Virus record (IMG/VR): IMGVR_UViG_3300015608_002795
Span: 64,001-109,311 of that record
DNA length: 45,311 nucleotides
From: a virus
Taxonomy: Duplodnaviria > Heunggongvirae > Uroviricota > Caudoviricetes
Strand: one strand, 5' to 3'
In this document: positions 20,371 through 28,829 of the stretch, in pieces
Position numbering within the stretch: position 1 is the first letter of the stretch
Layout of the letters: each line of letters opens with the position of its first letter
Position numbers and translations under genes: made by a program
The notes under the pieces: model-generated
Databases searched by the model: none
The model's input: only the letters and a program-made list of their open reading frames with translations
Told to the model about the DNA's origin: nothing

Positions 20371-20393
20371 CTTAGTGGGTTAATATTTAGTAG

Positions 20394-20402
20394 TATATAT
20401 AA
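20394..20402 (-). promoter_or_regulatory. Putative late promoter TTATATATA
   Basis: T(A/T)ATATATA motif 23 nt upstream of the ATG at 20370. Confidence 0.5.
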
Positions 20403-20440
20403 AAAATAAAAACCTTTCGTATGAAAGGTTTTTATTTTTT
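20401..20440. terminator. Intrinsic terminator (perfect 18-bp inverted repeat, 4-nt loop)
   Basis: aaaaaataaaaacctttc-gtat-gaaaggtttttatttttt at the end of the 20439..20813 gene, with U-tracts on both strands. Confidence 0.85.
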
Positions 20441-20813
20441 ATATTCGTCTTTGTACTTCTATTTTTATTTCATCATCTGATAGTGACGGATATCTTTTTT
20501 TAATTATATTATATAGATCCATTTCTTCTTTCTTTAATTTCTCTATAGATTCATTTACATTATTAATTTTACTGCAGATTTTATCTGATTCGGTTTCTAA
20601 CTCATCTAGTTTTTGTAAAACTCTATCGCGAATGCCTTCAATGGTGTCCATTTTATCAATATTTTTACCTATATCACTTAACTCGGTAGATATTTTTAGA
20701 AAATGTGTAGCCAATTTTCTAACATCATTCTCATATGTTTCTAATGTATCATTGAGGGAGTTAAACTCTCTTTTTATTGACCTAGCACTTTCTATTAAAG
20801 ATTCTTCAATCAT
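20439..20813 (-). CDS. Hypothetical coiled-coil protein
   Basis: Heptad-like E/K/L-rich sequence; ATGA-type overlap with the upstream gene. Confidence 0.6.
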   Translation of the reverse strand: MIEESLIESARSIKREFNSLNDTLETYENDVRKLATHFLKISTELSDIGKNIDKMDTIEGIRDRVLQKLDELETESDKICSKINNVNESIEKLKKEEMDLYNIIKKRYPSLSDDEIKIEVQRRI

Positions 20814-21667
20814 TTAGTTTCTTCTTTTTTTCTAGGAGCTCTTTTCTTTTTGGGAGCACCTTCCGGTAAAACCATTCTGTGTTCTTCTGAAACAGTTGGA
20901 ATTACTCTTACTTCTTTCTTACTTTTATATACTATTTTATTTATTTCCTCCTTAATTTTATCCTTTATAATAGAGGGATTTTCTAAAATTTGTTTTGTAA
21001 ATTCTTCAGATAGATAGTCAATGATACTAACCTCATATGAATCTTCCATCATTTCAATAAAATCTGGTCTAGGAATTTTATTTTCAATATCAAATGTTAT
21101 TTTTAGATCAGTATTCTTTTTGGTATTTTTAAACATTGTTATCATTGGATCTTCTGGTGAAGTATGTGGATTGTTATTTTCCATTGTTGAATTTCGGACA
21201 GGGTATTCTTGTAGTTGAACTGGTTGAGGATGAACTGGCTGATGTTGAGGTGACTGATGTGGCTGAACAACAGGTATATCTTCCTCATCCATTAGGTCTT
21301 TAAACTTCTCTATCTGGCTTTGAGCAGCACTATTTGGATTAGACATTTGCCTAGCCTTTTCCATAAGCATCCGTTTTTCTTCCTCTGGGTCATATTCCAT
21401 TATGGCGGGACCATCATCATCTTTCATAGTATTTAATGCTTCAGTTGGAATTGATTTAATTTTTTCAGCAAGGCTTATTAAGCTTTGTTGACTAAGAAAG
21501 TCTTTCGGGTCAATTTGCTCATCATAGAAATTACTATCTAATAGCCTTTTAACATCAACCCTTTGGTTATTGCTTAAGATAGCAATATTTTCAAACTGAT
21601 CTTTTACTTGGAATGATTCGTTTGATGATAAATCAATAAATCTTCTATTCTTTAGGTTTGGAAACAT
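20810..21667 (-). CDS. Hypothetical protein with a Q/P/H-rich central linker and basic tail
   Basis: QPHQSPQHQPVHPQPVQLQ linker and PKKKRAPRKK C-terminus. Confidence 0.6.
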   Translation of the reverse strand: MFPNLKNRRFIDLSSNESFQVKDQFENIAILSNNQRVDVKRLLDSNFYDEQIDPKDFLSQQSLISLAEKIKSIPTEALNTMKDDDGPAIMEYDPEEEKRMLMEKARQMSNPNSAAQSQIEKFKDLMDEEDIPVVQPHQSPQHQPVHPQPVQLQEYPVRNSTMENNNPHTSPEDPMITMFKNTKKNTDLKITFDIENKIPRPDFIEMMEDSYEVSIIDYLSEEFTKQILENPSIIKDKIKEEINKIVYKSKKEVRVIPTVSEEHRMVLPEGAPKKKRAPRKKEETK

Positions 21668-21720
21668 ATGTTTTTATTTTTTTGTATATCTATACATTGT
21701 TTTTATTCTGTATAGATACA

Positions 21721-21728
21721 AAAGTTTA
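21721..21728 (-). promoter_or_regulatory. Recurring intergenic motif TAAACTTT (possible non-late promoter element)
   Basis: Same octamer lies upstream of infC (41340) and of the 42693 gene (42643). Confidence 0.3.
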
Positions 21729-21734
21729 CTAAAT

Positions 21735-21768
21735 AAAAAAGACACCTATTTTCATAGGTGTCTTTTTT
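21735..21768. terminator. Intrinsic terminator downstream of gp32 (15-bp stem)
   Basis: aaaaaagacacctat-tttc-ataggtgtctttttt. Confidence 0.88.
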
Positions 21769-21789
21769 GGTAGTGGATACACTAATTGA

Positions 21790-22743
21790 TTAAAAATCTT
21801 TAAAGAAATCATCATCGTCACCATCAGTTGATGGGGTTGATGTAGAGCCTGTATTAAAAGATTCTTCAAAGTCAAAGTCTTCGGACGAAGCTACTGTTTC
21901 TTTTTTGAAAGACGATGAAGATTTACCAGTTAGATAAGAAATAATTTCATTTACCTTAGCTTGTTGTTCATCAGTTAGTCTCTTTGGTGAGAATTCTTCA
22001 AGTTCATGATCTCTCTTTAATAAGAAATCTTTAATAGTTGATTGAACTTTAGGATCAATTTTACCATCTACTAAAGGTGCATTTTTAAACCCTTTACCCT
22101 CAAAAAAGATAGGAAGTGAGCTTACATCTCTGAAAGCCGAACCTTTGTAATCAGGATAAGTTTCCTCTCCTGTTTGTATTTCTTTTACAGAAAGTACAAA
22201 ATCTTTACCCGCTGATAGGTCGAAGATGTTACACGAAACACCACTAATTTCACCATTTTTCTCAGCAAGAATTTTGTCTTTGATTGTTTTGCCATATTGG
22301 AAAATCATCACCTTTCCAACTAATTCTGGTTGCTGATCATCTTCAATGATGAGGACATAAGAGTAGTACTTTTTAGAATACTTTAAACATTTTGCCTTCT
22401 CTATGAGAATTGCATTTTTTGAATTAATCATATTGTAGTAAAGATCAGTCAAAGCGCATTTTTCATTAAAATTCTTCGCTGAATCAAACCAACCTGATAA
22501 TTCTTTTGCATTTTTAATGTCTACATAGTGCGTAATCTTTTCGATTGCTGCTTGTCCTACTTTACCATCTTTTGTTAAATTAGGTAAAAAACGAATCACA
22601 CTTTTGTAACCTTTTTTCTTATCTTTTGCTTTAGATAAGTCGATACGATAAATGCCATCAGCATTAACCGCTTTTTTTTCGTTCAAAAATTCCATTTTTG
22701 AATCCAAATTGCCACTAAATAAATCATCTAATTCTTGTGCCAT
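21790..22743 (-). CDS. T4 gp32-like single-stranded DNA-binding protein
   Basis: VIRFLP, YYSYVLIIEDD..PELVGKVMIFQYGKTIKDKI, FDLSAGKDF, YPDY..S.F and acidic tail DDDDFFKDF. Confidence 0.92.
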   Translation of the reverse strand: MAQELDDLFSGNLDSKMEFLNEKKAVNADGIYRIDLSKAKDKKKGYKSVIRFLPNLTKDGKVGQAAIEKITHYVDIKNAKELSGWFDSAKNFNEKCALTDLYYNMINSKNAILIEKAKCLKYSKKYYSYVLIIEDDQQPELVGKVMIFQYGKTIKDKILAEKNGEISGVSCNIFDLSAGKDFVLSVKEIQTGEETYPDYKGSAFRDVSSLPIFFEGKGFKNAPLVDGKIDPKVQSTIKDFLLKRDHELEEFSPKRLTDEQQAKVNEIISYLTGKSSSSFKKETVASSEDFDFEESFNTGSTSTPSTDGDDDDFFKDF

Positions 22744-22806
22744 AAATTGCCGTTATTTTTTGTTATATCAAGCTCGCACTTGATTATGTATTATATAATA
22801 TTAGTA

Positions 22807-23601
22807 TTAAAAAGTTTCATCTTTTAGGTAGTAAGGCCATCCAACATGTGCATAATAGCATTTCTTACTGACAAACCTATATAATTTATTATTATGCATA
22901 TAATGATTGATTCTTTTATCAAATGATTCACCTGAATATCCTGGGAATCTACTTGATGGAACCGGATGTCTAGTATTGTAATCAGTTTCTATTGCTCTTT
23001 TTTTAGATATCATATAAACATGGTCACCAAAACTATCCGTTAATCTGAAATTTTCATCTCTAATTAAAGGTATTCCAAAACTATTTTCAGCAGCATCTTC
23101 CTCTCTTTTTGGGGAATCACCATCAGGTTGATCTCCATATCCTGGTCCATATCCAGGTGATGTCCAATTCATACCTGTTCCCATACAATCTTGTCTATTA
23201 TTAATAACCTCAATAGACTGTGAAACAAATTTGCTACAATCATTTACTAAAGAGATATCTTCACATATATACATTAGATAGTCTGATTTACTTAAAATGA
23301 TTTGAGAAAAATTAGCAATTGAATAGTAATATTCTTGGGAATATTGATAGTGTGGGTTTAACTTAAATACTTTAACTACTTCTTCTGTTTGGTCAACTGA
23401 TCTGTAATGAGATATATTCTCATCAATTGAGTTGAGATATTCAAGACATTTTTGATATCCTTCATCGGATATATTATTAAACATAATAATAATCTCATCA
23501 AATTTATAGTTAAGTTTTTTTAACCAACCTCTGAGTTTATCATTGTCAATATAATGTTGGTAGGTTTTTTCATAGAGAGCGGTGGATAGGCAAACTGACA
23601 T
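22807..23601 (-). CDS. Hypothetical protein, possibly GT-A-fold glycosyltransferase
   Basis: DYLMYICED (DxD-like position) and WTSPGYG; weak resemblance only. Confidence 0.35.
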   Translation of the reverse strand: MSVCLSTALYEKTYQHYIDNDKLRGWLKKLNYKFDEIIIMFNNISDEGYQKCLEYLNSIDENISHYRSVDQTEEVVKVFKLNPHYQYSQEYYYSIANFSQIILSKSDYLMYICEDISLVNDCSKFVSQSIEVINNRQDCMGTGMNWTSPGYGPGYGDQPDGDSPKREEDAAENSFGIPLIRDENFRLTDSFGDHVYMISKKRAIETDYNTRHPVPSSRFPGYSGESFDKRINHYMHNNKLYRFVSKKCYYAHVGWPYYLKDETF

Positions 23602-23617
23602 ATTTATTTTTTATTTT

Positions 23618-23626
23618 TATATATAA
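23618..23626 (-). promoter_or_regulatory. Putative late promoter TTATATATA
   Basis: 16 nt upstream of the ATG at 23601. Confidence 0.45.
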
Positions 23627-23643
23627 TTATCAAAAATATTCCG

Positions 23644-23651
23644 TATATTTG
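23644..23651 (+). promoter_or_regulatory. Bacteroidota-type -7 promoter element TATATTTG
   Basis: Matches TAnnTTTG; intergenic and just upstream of the metG-like frame. Confidence 0.55.
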
Positions 23652-23662
23652 TACTTAACTAA

Positions 23663-24388
23663 AAACTTAAAACCTTCAACAAGAACATTTTTATAACAAC
23701 TACACTTCCTTATGTAAATTCAGTCCCACATATTGGACACTTATTTGAATTTATATTAGCAGATTCATTATCTAAATATTTTAAGAATAATGGAGATAAT
23801 GTATTCTTTAATACTGGTATAGATGAGCACGGTGCAAAAGTTTATAACAAATCCATTGAGCTTGGAATAACTATTCAAGAACATATATCAAACTTAAATG
23901 ATATATGGGTAGATTTCTGTCAAAAATTTAAAATTGAGTATGATAACTTTTATCGAACTTCTGACCCATTACATCATAAAAAAGTGAAGGTTATATGGAA
24001 CAGATTTGTTGATAGAGGAGACATCTATAAAAAGAACTACAAAGGTAAATACTGCGTAGGATGTGAGTCATTTAAAGTTGATAAGGAAATTCATAAAAAA
24101 AGGTGTAAAGAACATCCTAATTTAGATTTGATATCTGTAAATGAAGAGAATTACTTCTTTAAACTAACAAAATACAAGGATATATTACTTGAGTGGATAG
24201 ATTCAACTCCAGGATTTTTAGAACCAAAATCAAAAATAGAGGAACTTAGAAACCTAATCATTGGATCTGAGGACATTTCAATTTCAAGATTAAAAGAGAG
24301 CTGTCCATGGGGGGTTGACGTTCCTAATGACGAAGATCATGTTATTTATGTTTGGTTCGATGCTTTGTTGATAGCCACTCAAAGGTGA
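23663..24388 (+). pseudogene. metG: Truncated methionyl-tRNA synthetase: N-terminal HIGH half plus Zn knuckle, with no canonical start codon, KMSKS or anticodon domain
   Basis: The frame is open from 23663: KNIFITTTLPYVNSVPHIGH..FILAD..GIDEHGAK..YCVGCE..EENYFFKL..ISISR..WGV.VP....HVIYVWFDALL, then IATQR*. Confidence 0.85.
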
Positions 24389-24447
24389 GAGATTCACTTA
24401 AGGGAAAGAAGAAAGTAGTATTATTTAATAGGATATAATATAATAGT

Positions 24448-24738
24448 ATGATTAAAAAATGTAGATGTAAAAGCACAATGTCCGTATGTCAATCTATGTC
24501 AGATGGTGATTGGGAGGACGTTTTTGTTAAAGATAAATGGTATGATGTAAATCATGTTGAATGGTCTAATGATCCAGTACATGATTTAAAAATGCGCAAA
24601 ATAAATGGTGGGTGGAGAGACTACTTAGCTATGACAGAATTTGGAACGTGGAGACAACTGACTAGATCTGATTTTAATATTATATTTTATTCCGATGTGG
24701 AACTAAGAGAAGCTTTAATTAATGATATTCTCTTATAG
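24448..24738 (+). CDS. Hypothetical small protein with C-terminal tag LREALINDIL
   Basis: ORF track; tag shared with other small ORFs. Confidence 0.6.
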   Translation: MIKKCRCKSTMSVCQSMSDGDWEDVFVKDKWYDVNHVEWSNDPVHDLKMRKINGGWRDYLAMTEFGTWRQLTRSDFNIIFYSDVELREALINDILL

Positions 24739-25275
24739 AGAATATTGAACCTTCTCACCATTACTCATTGAATAAACAACCTTATCTATATTTGTAAATT
24801 TCTTTCTATAACCACTTGATAAATACTTATCAGCAGAGCCTGGTTTAACAAAAGCGATTGTCATATGTGGTTGGTAATCTGGATAATCATTTGTGTGTGG
24901 TAATTTTTTCAATTCTTTATTTATTTCGTGTAAGAGAGGGGAATCAACATTTAATTTAACCACACTAAATTTATCATCATCATCAAATTTTCCTATCCCA
25001 TCAATAGAGATGTCAATATCTCTACCCTTAAATTTAGTCAAAACATTCTCAACATCTTCTTTAGTTACGTCAGAATGTAATCCATATAGTAAAGTTATAT
25101 GAGGACTTTTTTCAATTCCATAAGTCGGATCAGATGGTTTATAAACATCATCGATATTTATAATAGATGTTATTTCTTTCCAATTTTCTACCTTTGGATA
25201 TATCATTACACATCCGTATTTGTATAGGTTTCCACTTTTTACATTTTCTAAAAATTCGTCAAATTTTTTAATCAT
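24733..25275 (-). CDS. 2H phosphoesterase (LigT-like), Acb1/T4 gp57B-like
   Basis: Two HxT motifs, PHITLLYG and YPDYQPHMTIAF; THDF.DY.PH.T-like segment of Acb1. Confidence 0.8.
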   Translation of the reverse strand: MIKKFDEFLENVKSGNLYKYGCVMIYPKVENWKEITSIINIDDVYKPSDPTYGIEKSPHITLLYGLHSDVTKEDVENVLTKFKGRDIDISIDGIGKFDDDDKFSVVKLNVDSPLLHEINKELKKLPHTNDYPDYQPHMTIAFVKPGSADKYLSSGYRKKFTNIDKVVYSMSNGEKVQYSL

Positions 25276-25279
25276 AAAG

Positions 25280-25846
25280 TTATTTTTTCTTCCTTCTTTT
25301 ATTTTTAGATGTATTTGAAGTTGTTTGATCTAAAAAATAAGTTTTAAATGGCTTCAACCTTTTAAGATTCCAATTCGGTTCAAACTTTTTATTGCTTCTT
25401 TCGTAATCTTGTATTGATTCGACTCCAGTATCAATTGGATTACTAATATATTGAATATTAGCTCCTTGTTTATTCATATCACTGATTCTATCTCCAATAT
25501 CAGTTCCTTTAGACATTTTTCTAACCATTTTTAATTGGTCTACAGTATGTTGCTGAGCAAGTGACTCAAACTCACTTAGTAAAATCATTACATCTTCCTC
25601 ATCATCCTCGATAAATTCTGCTAAACATTTTTCATCTACAATATTAACCACTTCTCCAATTAATTGTACTGCGGTTTGTATATACTTTTCACCATCCTCA
25701 TCTATTAAAAAATCATAATTGACATTTGGATTATTATTAATAATATTAATAATCTTAGTTTGTACAGTGCCCGCACTTCCTCTAATGAACTGTTCCCTTT
25801 TAGTTGGATCTTCTGACTTTACTCTTATACTAATAATACTTTTCAT
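25280..25846 (-). CDS. Hypothetical late protein; start moved to ATG 25846
   Basis: TAATATATA motif at 25852-25860 sits 5 nt upstream of this ATG. Confidence 0.55.
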   Translation of the reverse strand: MKSIISIRVKSEDPTKREQFIRGSAGTVQTKIINIINNNPNVNYDFLIDEDGEKYIQTAVQLIGEVVNIVDEKCLAEFIEDDEEDVMILLSEFESLAQQHTVDQLKMVRKMSKGTDIGDRISDMNKQGANIQYISNPIDTGVESIQDYERSNKKFEPNWNLKRLKPFKTYFLDQTTSNTSKNKRRKKK

Positions 25847-25851
25847 AATCT

Positions 25852-25860
25852 TATATATTA
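25852..25860 (-). promoter_or_regulatory. Putative late promoter TAATATATA
   Basis: Exact motif 5 nt upstream of an in-frame ATG. Confidence 0.5.
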
Positions 25861-25863
25861 TTT

Positions 25864-26268
25864 TCATGAAGTGCAAAAGTCAATGTGTATCCAAACTGCC
25901 GAATATATAGGCTGATTGTCATCTGTAAATTTATCATATGAATAATCGCCATGATACTCTTGATCCTGAATCCAGGATAAAAAACATATTTGCGCATACT
26001 TTTTCATTCTATTTACAAATGATTCCATATCTTCCTTAAACTCATCTATTGTTGAGGTGTTAACTTTAGATTCAATAATTGTACCATCCTCATACTTTGC
26101 AAATTCAACCATTAATAAATATCTTCCTTTACTTTCACAATGAACCCGATCACATTTTATATCCCACTTTTCCTTATACTCTAAAAAAAGATCTTTAATT
26201 AATTCCTCATCAATATCCTCATTCTCTCCATAATTTTCGAACAAAGAATATTTTAATAAGTGTTTCAT
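25864..26268 (-). CDS. Hypothetical acidic protein with a capsid-targeting-like leader (MKHLLKYSLFEN); start moved to ATG 26268
   Basis: The upstream ORF extension overlaps the + strand gene at 26288; a promoter motif precedes ATG 26268. Confidence 0.65.
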   Translation of the reverse strand: MKHLLKYSLFENYGENEDIDEELIKDLFLEYKEKWDIKCDRVHCESKGRYLLMVEFAKYEDGTIIESKVNTSTIDEFKEDMESFVNRMKKYAQICFLSWIQDQEYHGDYSYDKFTDDNQPIYSAVWIHIDFCTS

Positions 26269-26275
26269 ATTACTA

Positions 26276-26284
26276 TATATATAA
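26276..26284 (-). promoter_or_regulatory. Putative late promoter TTATATATA in a divergent intergenic gap
   Basis: 7 nt upstream of ATG 26268. Confidence 0.5.
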
Positions 26285-26287
26285 TTT

Positions 26288-26821
26288 ATGAGTCGAAAAT
26301 CAAGTATAAGAAAAATCAAAAGAAGTAATATTGCTTCTAAAAATATCGAAGCATCGCTAGCAATGCATTTATATGAAAAACAACATTCTCCAATTACTAC
26401 ACATTTTACCGGATATGGATTGTCAGAATGTGATGTTATATCAATAAGTAAATCAAATTTCATTTATGAGCACGAGGTAAAAATATCAAGATCGGATTTC
26501 AAAGCAGATTTTAAGAAAGAAAAACATAAGTTAATGACAGAAAGAAAATCTGTTACTGAAAGACTTATTAAAGAAAATAATGAAATGATCAAAGATGTTT
26601 GGTATTTTACGCCTAATTATTTTTATTTTGTTGTTCCTAAAGATTTAATAACAATTGAGGAAATTCCAGAGTATGCTGGATTAATATATGTGTCAGAGGA
26701 TCTTAACTTTAAAATAATTAAAAAAGCACCACTAATGCACCGAGAAAAGGCTACTTCTAATTTTATCAGACAACTCTCTCATAATTTAACATGTAAATTA
26801 GTTTTTAAAAAGATAGATTAA
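26288..26821 (+). CDS. MmcB-like PD-(D/E)xK nuclease-fold protein
   Basis: ECDVI, EHEVKISRSDFKADFKK..H, PNYFYFVVP, IPEYAGLI. Confidence 0.75.
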   Translation: MSRKSSIRKIKRSNIASKNIEASLAMHLYEKQHSPITTHFTGYGLSECDVISISKSNFIYEHEVKISRSDFKADFKKEKHKLMTERKSVTERLIKENNEMIKDVWYFTPNYFYFVVPKDLITIEEIPEYAGLIYVSEDLNFKIIKKAPLMHREKATSNFIRQLSHNLTCKLVFKKID

Positions 26822-26836
26822 TTCATATTAGAATTC

Positions 26837-26845
26837 TAATATATA
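26837..26845 (+). promoter_or_regulatory. Putative late promoter TAATATATA
   Basis: 19 nt upstream of the endolysin ATG. Confidence 0.55.
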
Positions 26846-26864
26846 TGGAAAATTAAAAAATTCT

Positions 26865-27464
26865 ATGAATTTATCAAAATTATCTGGCCTTATTCCAGCA
26901 GAAGTAATATCTCAAATTCCATTAGTAATGGAAAAATTTAAAATTAATACCCCTTTAAGATTATCACATTTTTTAGCACAGTGTCTCCATGAATCTGGTG
27001 GCCTAAAATTAGTAAACGAAAACTTAAACTACTCAGCACAAGGATTGGTTTCAACTTTTCCTAAATATTTTACTAAAGAATTAGCCGCAATATACGCCAG
27101 AAATCCTGAAAAAATTGGGTCACGCGTTTATGCAAATAGAATGGGAAATGGTGCTGAATCAACAAAAGAAGGATTTAAATTCAAAGGTAGAGGTTATATT
27201 CAACTAACTGGTAAAGAAAATTATAGAATTTTCTCTACTGAAATAGGAGAAGATTGTGTTGCTAATCCAGATTTAGTTGCAACAAAATACCCCTTGGCGT
27301 CAGCTGCCTGGTTTTTCTCCAGAAACGGACTGAACCAAATATCTGATTTGGGATCAACTATTGATGTTGTTACTAAAGTAAGTAAAAGAGTAAATGGTGG
27401 TAAAAAGGGATTAAATGAAAGGATAGCTTATTTTAATAAGGTATACCCACTATTGATCCAATAA
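26865..27464 (+). CDS. Glycoside hydrolase family 19 endolysin
   Basis: HFLAQCLHESGG, ENLNYS, YANRMGNG, FKGRGYIQLTGKENY, SAAWFF, RVNGG..GL.ER. Confidence 0.93.
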   Translation: MNLSKLSGLIPAEVISQIPLVMEKFKINTPLRLSHFLAQCLHESGGLKLVNENLNYSAQGLVSTFPKYFTKELAAIYARNPEKIGSRVYANRMGNGAESTKEGFKFKGRGYIQLTGKENYRIFSTEIGEDCVANPDLVATKYPLASAAWFFSRNGLNQISDLGSTIDVVTKVSKRVNGGKKGLNERIAYFNKVYPLLIQ

Positions 27465-27989
27465 TAGAATTCTCAACTGTAATTCACGAAGATTTGAAAT
27501 ATAAGAAGGACTATTACTGTTCTTCTTATATTCTATATATTCGTTTAAAAGATTAGTTAATGATTGACTATTAATATCAAATTTCTCATGCTCTAATATC
27601 CTTATAAATTTCCTAATTTCATTATTGGATAAGCAGAAAGATTTATAGTATTTAAATAAATCTTTTGATAAATCAACATCTTTACATAAAGAATTTTTAA
27701 AATGATTAACAAATTTATACGATTCGAGTGATGCCCTCCACTCAGACTGTATAAATAACTTAATGGTCCTTTCGGTGATAGTCAATCCACTATTTAATAA
27801 AAAATCGGTCGTGTTATATTTAAGGTTTCTAACTGCATAATATAACCCATTTTTAGGAACTTCACTGTATCTATTTTCAACGGTTACTTGCAGCAGCGAG
27901 TGATTCTTAGATATCATTTCTCGAAGCAATTCTAACTCACCGTTAGCACAGGTTGATATGTAGGTTTTGTGTAGAGTTTTCCTAGTCAT
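27450..27989 (-). CDS. Hypothetical protein with two ankyrin-like N-terminal repeats and C-terminal tag LRELQLRILL
   Basis: CANGELELLREMI and GLYYAVRNLKYNTTDFLLNSG resemble ankyrin helix pairs. Confidence 0.45.
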   Translation of the reverse strand: MTRKTLHKTYISTCANGELELLREMISKNHSLLQVTVENRYSEVPKNGLYYAVRNLKYNTTDFLLNSGLTITERTIKLFIQSEWRASLESYKFVNHFKNSLCKDVDLSKDLFKYYKSFCLSNNEIRKFIRILEHEKFDINSQSLTNLLNEYIEYKKNSNSPSYISNLRELQLRILLLDQ

Positions 27990-27993
27990 AATA

Positions 27994-28001
27994 CAAAGAT
28001 A
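27994..28001 (-). promoter_or_regulatory. Bacteroidota-type -7 element TATCTTTG
   Basis: TAnnTTTG match 4 nt upstream of ATG 27989. Confidence 0.5.
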
Positions 28002-28011
28002 ATAATTTTTT

Positions 28012-28020
28012 TAATATATA
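28012..28020 (+). promoter_or_regulatory. Putative late promoter TAATATATA
   Basis: 21 nt upstream of the neck gene ATG. Confidence 0.55.
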
Positions 28021-28041
28021 TACTATAAAATAATAAATAAG

Positions 28042-28800
28042 ATGGCAGCATACGCATTAGAAGAGGTAATAGATTTTGTTCAAAATGAAATAACCGTTGG
28101 GTGTGCCTTACCAAAGACACTACCAGATACAGAAATAAGAAGGTTTATCGAAACAAGAGCCCTCAAATGGTTTTATCAAAACTATCAATATGGAGTATCT
28201 AAAGTATATTATTTTGTAGATAAAACTGCCTTCACAACAGAAGAGTTTACAAGATATAATTATATAACACTTCCCTGTGAAATACAATCAATACCATTTA
28301 TATATCAGGTTAGAGGAGAGTCTTTACTACAACTAGGTATTAATGTCCCTAATTTGTCTGTAAATATGGGAGTTACAAACCAACCATACTTGTCTTCTTA
28401 TGTAACTACAATTGGTGAATTAGGCGTTTATAAAACATTAATTGATTCATTATCAGATATGATGAATCAGATGAATAAATACACAGTTAAGTATCACTAT
28501 AATCAATTAATGAATAGGTTAAATATTTTAACTGCTGTCCAATATGATTTAGTTTTAGAAACATATGCAAATATTCCTGCTGAAAATATGTATTCAGATC
28601 AATATTTTCTGAAATATGTAACCGGATGGGCTAAAATGCAAACGGGTAACTTACTTGGTAGATATGACTTTACACTTCCAGGTGGAGTGAAGTTTAATTC
28701 TGCTGACTTAGTATCACAAGGCAAAGAAGAAATGAAAGAAGTAGAAGAAGAAATCAAGAATATGAGTCAATCCGCATGGTTTTACATGGTGAAACGCTGA
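28042..28800 (+). CDS. T4 gp13-like neck (head completion) protein
   Basis: YVTGWAKMQTGNLLGRY.FTLPGGVKFN...LVSQGKEEMKEVEEE matches the gp13 C-terminal pattern (K.QWG.NL.K....LPGGV.LNG..I..EA..EI..LEEE). Confidence 0.8.
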   Translation: MAAYALEEVIDFVQNEITVGCALPKTLPDTEIRRFIETRALKWFYQNYQYGVSKVYYFVDKTAFTTEEFTRYNYITLPCEIQSIPFIYQVRGESLLQLGINVPNLSVNMGVTNQPYLSSYVTTIGELGVYKTLIDSLSDMMNQMNKYTVKYHYNQLMNRLNILTAVQYDLVLETYANIPAENMYSDQYFLKYVTGWAKMQTGNLLGRYDFTLPGGVKFNSADLVSQGKEEMKEVEEEIKNMSQSAWFYMVKR

Positions 28801-28816
28801 TTGGAGCGGATGTTTT

Positions 28817-28825
28817 TAATATATA
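28817..28825 (+). promoter_or_regulatory. Putative late promoter TAATATATA
   Basis: 4 nt upstream of the homing endonuclease ATG. Confidence 0.5.
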
Positions 28826-28829
28826 GAAT

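Noticed and set aside
24360-24450. Group I or II intron interrupting metG
   Set aside because: No GUGYG start, no recognisable group I core, no intron-encoded nuclease and no downstream exon in the window
19049-25910. Plus-strand ORFs 19049-19300, 20632-20817, 21021-21218, 24893-25102 and 25719-25910
   Set aside because: They are shadows of minus-strand genes; the hydrophobicity reflects antisense codons of K/E/N-rich proteins
26269-26463. N-terminal extension of the 25864..26463 ORF
   Set aside because: It overlaps the MmcB-like gene on the other strand, and the late motif and leader indicate a start at 26268
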